A DNA stretch of 64,000 nt from NCBI GenBank assembly GCA_965649825.1, contig OZ287701.1:671101-735100 (forward strand). The letters are read 5' to 3'. A model generated the notes under the pieces. That model ran no database searches. It saw only the letters and a program-made list of their open reading frames with translations, and had not been told where the DNA came from. Position numbers and translations under genes: made by a program. Every line of letters starts with the position of its first letter. Position 1 is the first letter of the stretch. This DNA is from Penicillus capitatus (lineage: Eukaryota > Plantae > Chlorophyta). Shown piece after piece: positions 1-13,900 of the stretch.

Positions 1-2556
1 CGCGCACCATATCTTCCAGCCTGTAGATCAGCGTATTCATGGCAGATTCGTATCCAAGATCCTTGGACTGCAGAGCATATGTCAGAGGTATCAGACAGGC
101 ATTCAGTTACAGAGGCTGATGTACCTCTTGAACGGCGTTTTCCATGAGGCAGATGGCGAAAACGGCCTTCTCAATGTCTTTCTTGAGACAGGCATCTACA
201 GACGATCGGTTGAGGCGACACGTCACATCAACTCTCCATTGTTGAAATTGGTAATCGGTGACATCCTCACTCAGTATAGCCAAATAGGCAGGACATCGCA
301 CTCCATTCAATTCAGAAAGCCCTGAGAATTGGTTGCGTTGTTGGGAGAATCTGTGCAGAAGATGACGTGCGTACCGAGAGATGTAAAATGTTTCTGAAGG
401 AGGCCTTCAAACGCTTCACGGACAAATCCGCAGATAAATTCTCGCAGATGGTGGTCATCTGGGCGCGCTTTCACACATAGGATCTTTGTTTCCGCCTGGG
501 GAATGTTCTCCCTGATCTCCTCATTGTCATCATTGATGTTGATGAAATTCTCTTCTCTGACACCCAATATCTCCAGCAGATTCTCAAAGTTCTTGCTGCG
601 CCGCTGAGCATTCTTGCCAAACGTAGGAGTCGCTGTGAGACCCAGTATCTATACGCACAGAAGGTGAGCGATCGGGTTGGGTCGCTTCGGTTTATCCGGA
701 TACGGTCATACCTTGATTCGTGCTTCCCTATTCTCTGGTCTGTGATACTTGTATCTCTCCAGAATCGCAGTGAAAGGACTCTCTCCTTTGGCGTTGTGCA
801 CCTCATCCAGGATCTACCATCATTGCACCGTTCAGGGAGATGAACTGGTAGGACATGAATGTCTTGCCATAAGTTGGATCATGGAGAATCTGATGTGACG
901 TTCGAAGAGATGGTTGCGGAGTTTTTCGGCGGTGATGATGATGACCGAGTGTTTCAGTATCGTTTCCACAGACGCCGAAGAATCGCCACTGAATGCCCCG
1001 ACCTTGTAGCCGGCAGCACGGAATCCATGCTCTTCGAAGGCGTCTTTGTGTTGATTGGTGAGTGCTCTCTTGGGCACCACCACCACGACTCTCGCAGATG
1101 GGTCCAGCATCAGCATCCGACGGGCCACTTCGATAAAGATTCTCGTCTTGCCGGCGCCAGTAGCAGCCGTTAGGAGGCAGTTGCCTCTCATCATGATGCG
1201 CTCGACGGCCGTCGTTTGGTAACTACGCAGCGAAAGAGGCGGAATGGAGCCATCGATCAGCAAAACGTCTCTCCGTCGATCTTCCTCCAAGCTGGGAGAC
1301 CAGTGCCACTCTGAAGCTGCGCCTCGATGAATGGGACGAGAGATCGGAGAAATAAAGGCAGCATTCATGGCTTGTTTGCCACATCTTGAGTAGAGAAGGC
1401 GCAGACAGTCCTCAAAGGCTGGATGTTCCACAATGCGGCCGATAACGTCCTGACGGAAACTCTGTCGATCATCTCTGGCGTATTCCAACAGATACGCTTT
1501 GTTGTCTTCGGGCGTTTCGCTTCCAGGCGGTTGTTTCTTTGGCGGGGACTTTTTGGTATTCCGATGAACAAATTGACGTATCGATCCCCATCTTTGTGAT
1601 CCCTCAGCAGCTTCTCGTCGAACACCTGATGGCGTCGAGATCCTTGGAAGCTGGGAAGAAGCTGACGAAACATTTGACCCACTGCTTTTCGTCAGAGCAC
1701 TGTTTTTTTGGCGATCCGACAGAGAGGAATCGTAACTGGGTGTATAAGATAAAACGCCCTTCGTTTCATTCGAGTCTTCCTCATCGGACCACTCCATTCG
1801 ACACGGCTCGACCAGTTTTTTAGCTTCTCCTTCTTCGAGCTGTTGAATCTCATACAGGACATGACGCTTCTCAACGCTGCCCTCAATTTCCACCGTGGCA
1901 TTGCTGAGCCGCGACTTGGAGCTCGGAAAGAGCCGAGAAGATGCCATGATTCTCACATCGGTATCATTGCTTTTCAGGATAACACGACATCCGTCCAGAT
2001 CCGAATGTACCCCCGACAACGTCGCCACCATTTCTTGCTTCGTCGGAGGCGTAGCTGATAGACGAAGATACACCCACTCACGCTTCTGCCAGACCGACTC
2101 AACGGTGAAGTGCTGTTCCGTCATCCTTTTCACGAGCTGCACTCGATCGACGATAAACTAAAAGCACAAGAGATGTCACACGCATCACATGATGAGATCT
2201 CACACTTCGTGAATGTAAAAGTCTTCTCTTCGTGTGAAGCGCATAAAGGAACGGACAACGGCAGGATGTGGTATCTGGCAAACACGTGGTGTCCACGAAT
2301 CCAAACACCCGACGCGACATTTCGTATGCGCGCGGTAAAAGTCTGAAGCCTTTTCGAAACTCTTCGCCGTATCATCTTCAAAAGTTCTCTGCAAAAGGAG
2401 AACGGGTTGGATGGGTTCTCTCTGTACATCGAGTCCTTGGATCGTCTTGCCCACGCAATCGTTCTTCGCAGGCGGCGCGAGACGAATGGACTGTCTGATG
2501 TCGCGGCATGTGCCACTCAACAACGTTTTGCATGTGTCGTCCGGTAACAATCCCAT
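1..2556 (-). CDS. DExD/H-box SF2 helicase, RIG-I/Dicer-like family, multi-exon, 3' end outside window
   Basis: ORF 832-2142 has motif I (AATGAGKT), Ia (VVPKRALTNQH) and Ib (IIITAEKL). Spliced exons give motif II ILDEVHNAKGESPF (about 780-815) and motif III ILGLTATPT (about 625-650). Long N-terminal extension; the start at 2556 is inferred via an intron near 2160-2205. Confidence 0.8.
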
Positions 2557-2628
2557 ATCGATGTGTGTGTTCGTGACGCAACGCAATGATTAAAAACGAT
2601 TCTCGTACTGTACAACACCGTGTTCAGC

Positions 2629-5371
2629 ATGAGACTTAGCACCGCGACGCGCTCGACTGCGCAACGCCCTTTCGTCACGCCGCGATCGACGACACGTCCG
2701 GTCGCCCAGGCAAAACAAACGAAAAAAGCAAGACGACATGCCTTCTGTCGCTCGAGGCGGAGAAGAACGCCGTTTCTAGTGGCGAGTAAACGAGATGGCG
2801 TCGCAGTTCCGAGAAATGCGCAAAGATATCGAACAAGACGAGATGGTGGCGTCCATGATGGCTGGATTGCGAGGAACGAACATAGATAACAGTAACTTCG
2901 CAGATGAAGGTGCGCATCAGAGGGTGAGCAGTTGGAGATCTCACTCTTTCGCGACAGGAGTGTCTATGCAATTGGTGGAAGTCGATATGAGCGACGACCC
3001 TTCCGATTGCCTGCCTCTCGTGTACGATCCAACACAAATCAACGCGTTCTGGTCCAAGCGGCCCATTTCGGTTGCCACACGCATGATTCAACTTATGGGT
3101 TCTCACTCTTTTCAACATAACGACGCGTCAGCAAGTGTGATAGGTGTGACGGGTGGATTTCTATTTTCCCTTCTGGCCGATGTGGTGTTCGGGAACCTCA
3201 AAGAGAACGAAGTGCAGAGAGCGATTGAGATTCGCAACATCGTGACATCTCTAGGACCTGCCTACATAAAACTGGGTCAGGCGCTTTCGATACGGCCAGA
3301 TCTATTGTCGCCCAAGGCTATGGTGGAGCTGCAGAAGCTTTGCGATAAAGTTCCGAGTTTTGACTCGGATATCGCGATGAACTTGATCGAGACGGAATTG
3401 GGACGTCCCTGGCAAGACGTCTTTAAGAAGCTAACACCAAGACCAATCGCAGCTGCTTCGTTGGGGCAAGTCTATAAGGGTGAATTGATGAGCGGAGAGG
3501 ATGTCGCTGTCAAAGTCCAGCGCCCCTACGTTGTCGAAACGGTGTCGATCGATCTGTACATTCTGCGCAAAGTGGGAGTCTTCCTGCATCGATTTCCGCA
3601 AATCAAGACAGATTTCGTGGCGCTGTTGGACGAATGGGCCGAACGATTCTTTGAAGAACTGGATTACGTCAAAGAAGGACAAAACGCCACAAAATTCGCC
3701 CAGCAGATGAAAGAGGACCTACCTCAGGTCACTGTTATCACTCAAAGAGACCGACAGGTCTGCATCGATGCTGCAGGTCATTGTGCCCAAAACGTTCTCA
3801 GACTTCACGACACGACGCGTGCTGACGACTGAATGGCTCGACGGAGAGAAGCTCTCTCAAAGCAAAGAACGAGATGTTGGTAAGCTGGTCAACATCGGCG
3901 TTATCTGTTACCTTAAGCAGCTTCTCCAAACAGGTCATCTCTCCTTTGGATGGCACTCAAGGAGACAGGGTCTTCGCGTTTGAAGGTTTCTTCCATGCCG
4001 ATCCGCATCCGGGGAACTTGATTCGAACACCAGATGGTCGCCTGGCTATATTGGACTTTGGTCTGATGTCGGTCGTCGATGACAACATCAAGTATGGAAT
4101 GATCGAAGCGATTTCGCATCTCATTCACCGAGACTATGAGGCGATCGTGGAGGACTTTGTGACGCTGGATTTTATTCCCGAAGGAACAGAGCTGAAACCC
4201 ATTCTGCCTGTTCTCGCCAAAGTACCCTCTCTATCGGTCACCTAAAACAAGAGGGGGACACCAAACACTCTGCGTCCAGGTGTTTGATCAGGCGCTGGAA
4301 GGAGGTGGCGCCAAGAACATCAATTTTCAGGAACTTGCCGCGGATCTGGCCCAGATCACATTCGATTATCCCTTTCGCATTCCTCCATACTTCGCTCTGA
4401 TCATTCGAGCGATTTCGGTGTTGGAAGGGATCGCTCTGGTAGGAGATCCAGATTTCGCCATTGTAGACGAGGCATATCCTTATCTGTCGAAACGATTGCT
4501 GACGGATGACTCTCCGCGTCTACAAGAGGCTCTCAGGTGCCGCACGGTGACTAGAAAAGGAGTGAATGGCTGCGTAGGTATATGATCTATGGCAAGAACA
4601 ATGTCTTCGATGCCGAGAGACTGGTGGATCTCCTCTCTGCTTTTGAATCTTTCAAGAGCGCTTCTCTTACTGCTCGTGGAAATATGGCGTCTTCAGACAC
4701 GACGAAGGCGAGAGACGCATCTGCTTTTGAGTTGTTTCCTGGATCGTGGCAGCCGTTTGGAAATCGCATACCATCTCCGACGCCCTTTCCCACTCCCATC
4801 GCATTTCTCTCCGATCGAACAGAAAACGGTAAAACTCGATCGCGATCGCGATGCAACGGAAGAGATCGAAACTGTGTGCCGATCAGATCGATTCGCAGAA
4901 GGGATGATCGTAAACAGCAACTCCGGCGAAGCGCGCGAGGCTCTGAAATTTCTTTTCTCACCCGAAGGCGCCTTGTTTCGCAATTTCTTGATGGATGAGC
5001 TCGTGAAGAGTGTCGATGCCTTGTCCCGTGAGCAGTTTCGTCAATTTGTGATGTCGATGGATCTCCAAAACGTGATGGTGCCCAACGTGATGCCATTTGC
5101 CGAAAGACCGATGCTTCCGCTCTCCCCGACCGTGACGGAATCCGATCGACAGGTCCTTCAAAACATTCACACCATTCTGAGTTTTCTCCTGGGAGGCAAC
5201 AGCTCCATCGGTACAGCCACAGATCTGAGAGCAGCCCTACAGAGAAGCGGCAGCATGGCAAGAGACTTGGGTCCCGTCTTGCCGACCGTCATCCAGGAGA
5301 TCCTTCCCGAAGTATCCGAGCGACTCGTCTCGAGGATTTCGGCCCGTCTATTACGAGATGTGCTGACATGA
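2629..5371 (+). CDS. ABC1K6: ABC1/UbiB atypical kinase, plastid type (similar to Arabidopsis ABC1K6/At3g24190), about 7 introns
   Basis: Motifs LGPAYIKLGQALSIRPD, LQKLCDKVPSF, AAASLGQVYKG, VAVKVQRP, FFHADPHPGN, LDFGLM. N-terminal LRGTNIDNSNFA resembles the ABC1K6 clade from memory. The first exon looks like an Arg/Ser/Thr-rich transit peptide. Confidence 0.85.
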
Positions 5372-5485
5372 GTCGTATCTGCCGCCCTTATTCTATCTTC
5401 GCATTCTTTATGAGCTGCAAACGCACATTGCTTGACAGCATTCTATGATTGTTCATTCTTTTTAACATCGATTGCCAATCGTGTC

Positions 5486-7977
5486 TCAGGGAGGAGGATT
5501 CTCATATGCCTCTCTTTTGGAGATGATAAGATCGCGCAGTTCTGTGTATTCGGACAGGTTGTCTGCGGCATAGTCTTTGACGATCTGTCCGAACGCACAC
5601 ACATCGAGCCAGTGTTGATGGTAGACGCTGGAGAGCTCATCTCCCTTTCCGCTTTCGCCTGAAGTTTCCGATGAAACGGCCAGTCTTCCTTTGTTCAGCC
5701 GACGAAGAGACATCCGACTCTTCTCCCAAAAACTCAAGATATCTTCCAGCGCTTGACGATAGGCCACACAGACTCTCCGAGCAACATGCGTTTTGATATG
5801 ACCCTTCACATCTTCGCCAACGCATGCGGCAACTGAATGGGACTCCAGAAAACGCTGCAGTGGTTCCAGTAGACCTAGATGGGCAACAGAATCATAACAC
5901 AGAGATTGGACATACAGGAGAAGGCGACACACGTTTGACGTAGTCGTTAGCAACCGTAGGATGATCGCCGCCAGGACGGAACATCGTGCTGCTGGCAGTC
6001 TTGACACTCTTCTTCATGATCGCACGGCATTCGTCGAAGAGATGCTCTCCGACAGCGTCAAGGAGACGCCTCTGCTGTTCTCGAATTCTCGAGAGAAATG
6101 CACAAACTAACTGATAGACAGCTTCCCGACAGCTCTCGTGCAGTCCATACAGATAGAACTCGGTCTCCAGAATGGAACAGGCATGTGTCACATCACGATC
6201 CAACAGAACCAGTTCCTCATTCTTTTGAGGAAACCTTGTCTGTGGTGCATCACTCCCTTCGTCCGTTTCTGTACAGTCTTTTCGTATTTCTGCCTCTGAT
6301 GTGACAGCTCACCTCACTTTTGAGAAGATGGTCGATGCTGGAGCAAAACCAGAGCTCAAATCTCGAGAGCAGTTTAAAGAAGAGCTTCATGAATTGATCC
6401 TGTAAGTCCTGTACAACGATCTGAGGATTGGAGCACTGCTGAAGACACTGAATCCAAATCGACATCCCTCTGAAGAAGAATCCATCGTTGGGTTCTCTCA
6501 ACGAAACCTGTTCGCTCTCGAGGGAATTGTCATACATCCCTAAACACACAGGCATTCCTCACATCCCTATAGAGGACTGAGTCCGTGGCCCTGACCTGCA
6601 ATCTCTTGAAAACGCATGGCGAAGTAGACTTGTAGATTCCAGGCTTTCATAAACTGCTTCATCGGCGCTCCGTCACGGAACTGTTCCAAAACTGAGACCG
6701 TTGGACAGCGACGCTCCAATGCATCAATAAACTCCAGAGATGCCTTGTAGTTTTCGAGAAAGACATCTGGTTTTCCTACAACCATCCCATCCTTGCTGCA
6801 TCGAGTAGCTGCGTGTGTGATGTGACAGGTGTGACCAGGAAAGAAAACAGATGGTCTGGATTTTGAGATATGGTCATGAAGGGCTGCCAAGATGCAGTTG
6901 CCGATGAAATCGTAATGCTGCAGACCGGCAGACGTTTCTAACGCAGCTGGAAAGAAGCCATGATAGATTCCATCCACCTGCTCTGCCACTCTCTCGGTCC
7001 ACGGCCGCAAATGCTGCGCCGCATGCGCCTCCTGTGAACACGCGTGCAAGAATGGCCCCAGCAGTATCTCTCTGATCAGCGCCTCTCCTTTCTCTGCCTT
7101 TCCCAACACGGACAGCGCATTGAGCAAACGGAAAGCCGAAGCATGATCGGGCGATTCCAACGCAAAGACAGTCTTGAGACACGAGACGATGCGATTCTCT
7201 ATCTGCTCTGCCACGGAGGTACTCTGTTGTACCAGAGCCTCGATCAATGCCAACTCCTGTCACCATCATGACACCTCACAACGATCTATGGTTCTCCTGA
7301 CAAACCATCTCACTTGGTTTTCGCGGGAGAGAAGGTTTAGTCGGCCAATTTCTCGTGCCGCCCTTTCCAGGAGAGCACTCTGATGTGGGACATCGTCTGT
7401 CTGAAGGGCAGCATGGACTTCTTGTGCCAGCTTTTCGACTTTGGATGCAATGTGTGTGGCATTTTGCATCGTCTCTAGTGATCGGCGAGCTGCTTTGACT
7501 TTCTGGCGGTGCTCGAGTGTGGCAGTGAGCAGCCGACATTCACTCTCAATGCCCCTTTCTACCATCCCCAGTTTTTTCTATACCATTGCCCATGACGATG
7601 ACTTTCCCTTCTGAGATGTCCTTCACTTTGAGCTCTGTCAGTGGTTTCCCCATACGAACAACGGCGCCCTCGACTCCACTCAACTGGTTCGCCAGTCCCA
7701 CGAAATCATTATACTTCGCATTAATCACGTCTACGAGCTAGAAATCGACAACAGCAAAAGTGTGACAAGCTATGCCGCCGAAGCCAATGTACTGAGGTCA
7801 CACTTCGAGCTTCAGTTGACTGAGATACGCCTCGAGCTGTTGACATATCGTCTCCAATGGGACATAACGGCTGAGTTCCGTGACATAGTTTCCCGGATCG
7901 AATGCTTCGTTCTTCAGCTGGTCCTCTTCGAACCACACAGGCGCGCGGGATTGCAGACGATCCTCAGAAGGATGCAT
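5486..7977 (-). CDS. COG2: Conserved oligomeric Golgi complex subunit 2, multi-exon
   Basis: N-terminal WFEEDQLKNEAFDPGNYVTELSRYVPLETI followed by INAKYNDFVGLANQLSGVEGAVVRM matches the COG2 N-terminal pattern. Helical exons continue to a TGA at 5486. Confidence 0.85.
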
Positions 7978-8220
7978 GATAAACATTAACATTAAATTAA
8001 TTACAAACAAACAGGCACATCTCTCATTTACTTCTGATTGTGATCGTAATGATGATGATGTACACCAACAATACAAACATCATACAGCAGTTACACTCGT
8101 GCCAAATACTGTCCTAGTACTCCCATCAAAACAATATATAGACAGACAGCAGTACTCGTATGCAGTATACAAAAAAAGGTTCTTTCTTCAGCCGAAGGTT
8201 ACGGCGCAGGTGTTTGTTGC

Positions 8221-9135
8221 TTAAGGTCTTCGGTTTCCAGGGACGATGACAACTTTGACTTCGAGATTGGCAGTGGTTGGATCGAAAGGACAGTGGCAAG
8301 AACGGGAGCGTTCTCTCAATTGATGCATGAGTTTTCCAGCTGGAATGACACATGCAGCCAGTCCATCTCCATACACACATCCAGTATCGAGTCCTGTTGC
8401 ATAGCACTTTAGTTGCAGGCGACGCATCGCATCGTGTCCAAAAATGACATGCTGTGGACCTACACTTGGAAAATGCGTTGCTGATGGGAAGTAGACAGAG
8501 AGGGGATCGATGACCTTTCCATACATTCGCCCATTGGACACAAGAGCCTTGTTCCGTTTCGAGGGCTTCCCATTTTGAATCTGTTTTGCGGAGGAATCGC
8601 ATTTTGTAGAGATCGGCGAGTTTTTGTTGTTGGAGCGGAATTCCGGGGACGATTCCGGCGTGGGCAATGAGGATGTTCAATTTTGGGATGGTAATGGTGA
8701 AAGGCATGGCATCCAAATACCGTGCCTGTTTCTCAGACATGTCCTTTACCCATGAATAATGAAAAAAGGGGTTAGGATTCGAAGGCAGAGAACGATAAGC
8801 AAAAAGAGCGCTGTCGTCGTGATTTCCTCTCACAGAGATGGCTCCATAAGTCATGGCCAGATCGATCACCTAGGCGAGAGGAATCGCATTTTGATGCCAG
8901 CGAACAAACATACTCCGCATGAGTTGGGTCCCTTGTTAACCAGATCCCCTGCGAAAACGAGACAGTCTTTGTGATGTGCGTAGCTGACCTTGTTAAGGAG
9001 CATTTTCAGTTGATCGAGGCACCCATGGACATCTCCCACGACAATGAGTCTGCCGTCTATGGGCATCCAGCTCAGGTCAACGATTTCGTGTATACAGTCA
9101 GGAAGTGTGTTGCCTGTGTGGTCACCAACGTGCAA
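8221..9135 (-). CDS. ApaH/PPP-family metallophosphoesterase (diadenosine tetraphosphatase/Ppn2-like), 5' end uncertain
   Basis: Motifs [33 protein letters not shown] and GLDTGCVYG appear in order across exons. Confidence 0.85.
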
Positions 9136-9483
9136 GAGGCAGAGGGAGATGGAAACAGACCATGGGGCGTAAGGTGTGGTCTCTGTGTCGGAGGGTGATC
9201 TCTAGCGTGTTGTTTTCTACCCTTATGTGTTATCCAGCCAACAATTTTTGCCAAGATGTTCATAGGCAACCCTCACACGCCAAAGAGACGCTAAGCGCAA
9301 GTGACGTCGCCCAGCTAAGGCGTAAATGTAACCGCGGCGCTAAGAATGACCCAAATAGTGGTCTAACCGCCATCGTTTACAGTGCTTGATCCTAACATCG
9401 CCAACAGCTAACGTCCGACTAGAGGATAGAGGTCGTCGATACGAGGCCCTCCTTCAGCCTGATTGTGGCTGCATCCTGGCCAG

Positions 9484-10950
9484 TCATCGAGGGACGATCT
9501 GAGAAAGATCACGCATGCGGCCTTTGATGGCTTTCTTGCGAGTCTCTGTGATACGTCGGCTCTGAAGAAAGCAATCAAAGGCATCTTGACCACTTGAGTT
9601 GAGAAGCTCCCTATCAGCTCCGTTCTGTACCAAGACCTACAGGGATAACAACGATGACATCTTGCTCTGGCGTTTGTGACCTCACGACCTCCGCAGCTTC
9701 GCAGCATCCATAGTGGTAGGCTAGATGGAGAGGCGTCCATCTTTGATCGTCTCGGATATCGAGTATGGCACCGGCGTCGATGAGAACCTACAGGGAAGAG
9801 CATTATCCGAGGAGAACGTAGGGGTAGAGTGAACGTTAAGGGATTCGACGGAGTTGTGTCGGGCTGCAAGGTGCAATGGACGCTTGCGTTTACTATCGGC
9901 TGCATCCACCTCGACCCCCTTGTCGATCAATGCCTATAACGAATAACATCACAGATGAGACGCGCAATGTCTGTCGTCTCTCCTCACTTGACAAACGTAC
10001 TGGTAGTTCTGTTGCGCGGCAATGTGCAACGCCGTTCTCCGTTGGTCGTCTAAAGAACGAATCTCCGACCCGGCATCGATCAGAATCTGTATGGACTGTG
10101 GTAGAAATGGAGAGATGGTGGATCCCGGAGGTCACCTGAGCACACGGCAAATGATCATTCCACAATGCGTGATGCAGAAGTGGACACTTGAATCGACCAG
10201 ATGCCGTTTGATCAAGCACCTACATATCCGACACCTCCAACGTGATCAACAACAACACATCCACGATACAGACGACCTCATTGTACACAATGCCGGCGTC
10301 TTGGAGGAGGGAGAGATCCTAAAGCGTTCAGATTCCTTCGATTCATGAGATGCGTGTGTGCAAAGACACACATGCTTCAGCTGCTCGACGGTGTTCGCAA
10401 GCGTGTTTTTCGCCTCCGTGAGAGAGCGGTTTTCTCGCTTGGCGCGATCCAGTCTTTGAATCAGTTCATTGTTTTTCGCATGCTCTGTTTGATAAGACTG
10501 CCGGAATTGTCGACAGCTTTCGTTGCTGCTACTGGCTTGAAGCCGCAATCGGCACACCTCCCACTTCAACTCCTGCTGTTTGCCTCGCCCACAGAGAAAG
10601 ATGTGACAGGTGCTTGCTTTGAGAGAGGTAGGCAGATCGTCATAAGCAGCGACATCTCTAACAAAGATCTATCATCGCATCGGATCGTAACGGACTCACG
10701 GTTGACCTTGGAGGTTCTGCCCCTTTTGGCGTGTGAGCGTTTTTCGAGTGGCGGGAGGCATCGACGATACACCCCAAGACGACGAGAACAAAAAACAAAC
10801 CCGTGCAGCAGAGGAAGATGAAGAAAAGGAAGTCAGAAAAGTCGCCCGACATATTGGCGCGTTTCGACGTCGAATACAGTACAATGCATCTCGCGAAGGA
10901 CTGTTTAGACTGGATGCGACATGTTGCATTTCGCTTTCCATCTGCAGGAC
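9484..10950 (-). CDS. Coiled-coil plus C-terminal ankyrin-repeat protein, multi-exon, 5' end uncertain (may extend to about 12.4 kb)
   Basis: Spliced ANK repeats RTALHIAAQQN, KRPLHLAARHN and WTPLHLAYHYG. Upstream coiled coil EHAKNNELIQRLDRAKRENRSLTEAKNTL. TGA at 9484-9486. Confidence 0.75.
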
Positions 10951-13900
10951 AAAATTCTGGTTGCATCGCTAGAATAGTAGATACAACATATATCATACGC
11001 GTCGAGCGGGCATCCGCCTTCGTCGCCATTTCACTCGATAGTCTTTGCAAATAAGATGCTTAGTAGCTATCCGTCCGTTGCTGTGGTGCATCGTCGAGTT
11101 ATTCCTACACAGCACGCTGCCTCGATGGATGACGGTTGACACAAGGAGCACTTGTAGAACAGGTAGGTGGGTGGTTCTCAAAAATAAAATCACTCGACGG
11201 TGCTCGTAGCAGTCCAAAACGCCTTTTGATCTAGCGGTTGTGAAGTGAGCGCAAGGATGCTTGTGGTGGGGAAACGGTCTGCATATTGCGGTCTCTTGCT
11301 GGTTCTCAGTCACTGGCTAGCATGACACGCGTTTCTGCGTTAGCCGTGTGGCTCAACAAGACGAGGCTTTTCCTTTGCCCTTCTCGTGGAAAACAGGTAA
11401 CGAACGTCGCTTCGGGAAAGCTTCGGTCATGGTGTCATGACCACAACGTACGAACAAACTTGCAGCTGACAGGCCGCTAAATGTCGACGCTTGTGTCTGG
11501 CGAAAGAGCTGGCGCAAGTCTAGATCGAGGACATTAAGCGACGTCTGCATATTTGAGCGTATTGTAAGGCCAATGCCGTCCACATGCAGGGAGAGAGAGA
11601 CTTGAGCACCTGCTTAAACAAACCAACGGTCTGTTTCTTGGTTAACTGTGGCTGCTCGTTAAGTCCCTACCTAACATTCCCGTTTTTGCACCGTCTTGCC
11701 AGTTCCAAGAATGGCATCACAATGAAAAATTCCAGACCAGCCGCTTTCTCACAAGACAGCGTTCGAGGCTGCAGTTTTTTTCCTTTTTAAAACGTCGGAA
11801 GCTTCGTGGAAGAGATTCAAAAGATCAGAAGCGATACCGACTTCGTCGAAGGGAGTCGAAGGATGAATTGAGCATCACTTCTCTCGTTGTGTCTAGTATT
11901 ACTACGCTTTGGTTCGGCTTTTGCTAAGGGAATGCACAAGCAGCGCAGCTCCGTCCTTATTTTGAGCGGAATGTGGGTAATGCACTTTGACGATTCGTCA
12001 CCGTCTCACCAGCCGTCTCCGAAGTCTTGAGCGTGCCGTACAAGTCCTCAAGTTCCTTCTCGGACGCGGAGCACTTTTTAGAGGCCGAGAACGGTTATTC
12101 AGTAAACGGCAAAAAGGACATGTCCGCAACTCTGACCGTCCTTTGACTCTGCTCCGTCTTTTCAATAGTCAGGTGATCATTGATCCTGAACAGCAATAGA
12201 GTCTGCGGCCAGATCTGCGTCCACAGGAGCATTGGAATGTCGCACGGGTCCTCAAATCTCCGATGCCAAAGATCCCATCGAGACGAAAGAATATCTCGAC
12301 AATCTGTGGATGTTTCAGTCAGATATTTAGCACCTGGAATGGAGACCTTGCAATGTGTGCATTGCAAAATGCGATTCGAAAGGAGACGGATGGAATCCGC
12401 GCACGATCTGTCCAGTTGCCATTCATTGAATGAAGATTAGCGTTGTGACGACTATACGAGATCTTCCTTTAAGAGGAACAAAGTGCCAACGACGATGACA
12501 GCCCTTATCTCAGCGACGCATTTATAACCACTCGCGAGGACAGTCAACACCAGAGACAAAATCAAAATGATCCGAAAAGACAGGGAGGTTCATGACTGCT
12601 CGGTTACTTTGCAGAAGCGGTCTGAGCTCAGGAGACACGTTGAAACGGTTATGTTTCAATATGGATGTCATTAGTTTGAGCTTCAGTGGACAAATTGTCG
12701 CCTACTCTTGTATTTCGTTCAGAAAAGCAGGCCCTGTAATGTTTACATGTTTATCAAATGTTCCTCTGTCAAATCATGTTGTCTCCATGATAATTCAGTG
12801 ACGCGTACTGCAGACCATGATGGAGTTGCTTGCAGCAAAACTAGCAGACTTCGGCAACAAATATGACGCAACGGGGATAGATGCGACAGCATTGCTTCAC
12901 ACGAGCAGCCGCCAAAATGCATTTCTGAATTAAAACCAGATAAAGCGAAGAAGCTTTTATAGAAAACAAATGCCACACTTCAAATGAAGGAGATCGACGA
13001 GTGTCATCCTTCAGAGTGCAAGGCAAGGCTTTGACACTATTCTCCTTTTACTCCCATCCTCTCAAACTCCATTTGTTGGTAGTTCTTGACGCAATTCTCA
13101 ACTCCCGTTGCAAAATGCTGCTTTCCTGTCTTTCTATACGGGATGCGCTATGCAGCTGCTGACCCGTTGTTCGCGAACGAATGTACGCAATGAGTGGTGC
13201 TTCCTGACAGGATCAAGCTACGTCGTCGGAAAACGTCGACATGTCAATACTGCTGGCTGAACAGTTCGTACCGGACATGAGAAGTCGCACTCACCCACAC
13301 AGCGATCGCAGTCTTTCTCACAGATGGTCCATCCACACACGCACTCTAGATGGCAGTCTATTTCGTCCAGCTGTCGTTCGGCATCTCTGGCTCCTCGATT
13401 ATCGTCGACGGTTTTGTCCGACGAAGGACAGGACGGCTGCCCACAGAGACGCGTATCTCTCCTTCCAGGTCTTATCAATTCAAACCACACGATCGGCTAT
13501 AGCCATCATATTTCTCTCGGTGATCTTGTGACATCAGCTTCTTCGTCGCATCCCGCTCCCGCGGCAACCACTTGTCAATTGGGCCTCGTTTTGTCTTGCA
13601 TAGATAGCGCCCTTTCATCACTGTCTTGTTCCGCGGCACTGTTGGTCTTCTCAGTGAACTTGTCGGTAGGCGTCACGTCATCATCGGCCTTTTGATGCTT
13701 GACGTAGCCTGTCGGTAGTGTTTGATGCAACTCCGAAGTCGAAACTTGCTCTTCGCCATGATTGACACACGGTCAAAAGACGCCAAGTGCGAGTTTAAGT
13801 TTGAATTGAGCCCTGAAGAAATCAAGGTCGCTGACGTTTCCCTCTCTGCGATAGCATCCAACCGAACATCGGCCGCTTTGCATCATGTAGGCTGACTTCG

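Noticed and set aside
11950-12440. Minus-strand exons of an extra gene
   Set aside because: Protein-like, but no domain; they cannot be assigned to the ankyrin gene or to a separate gene.
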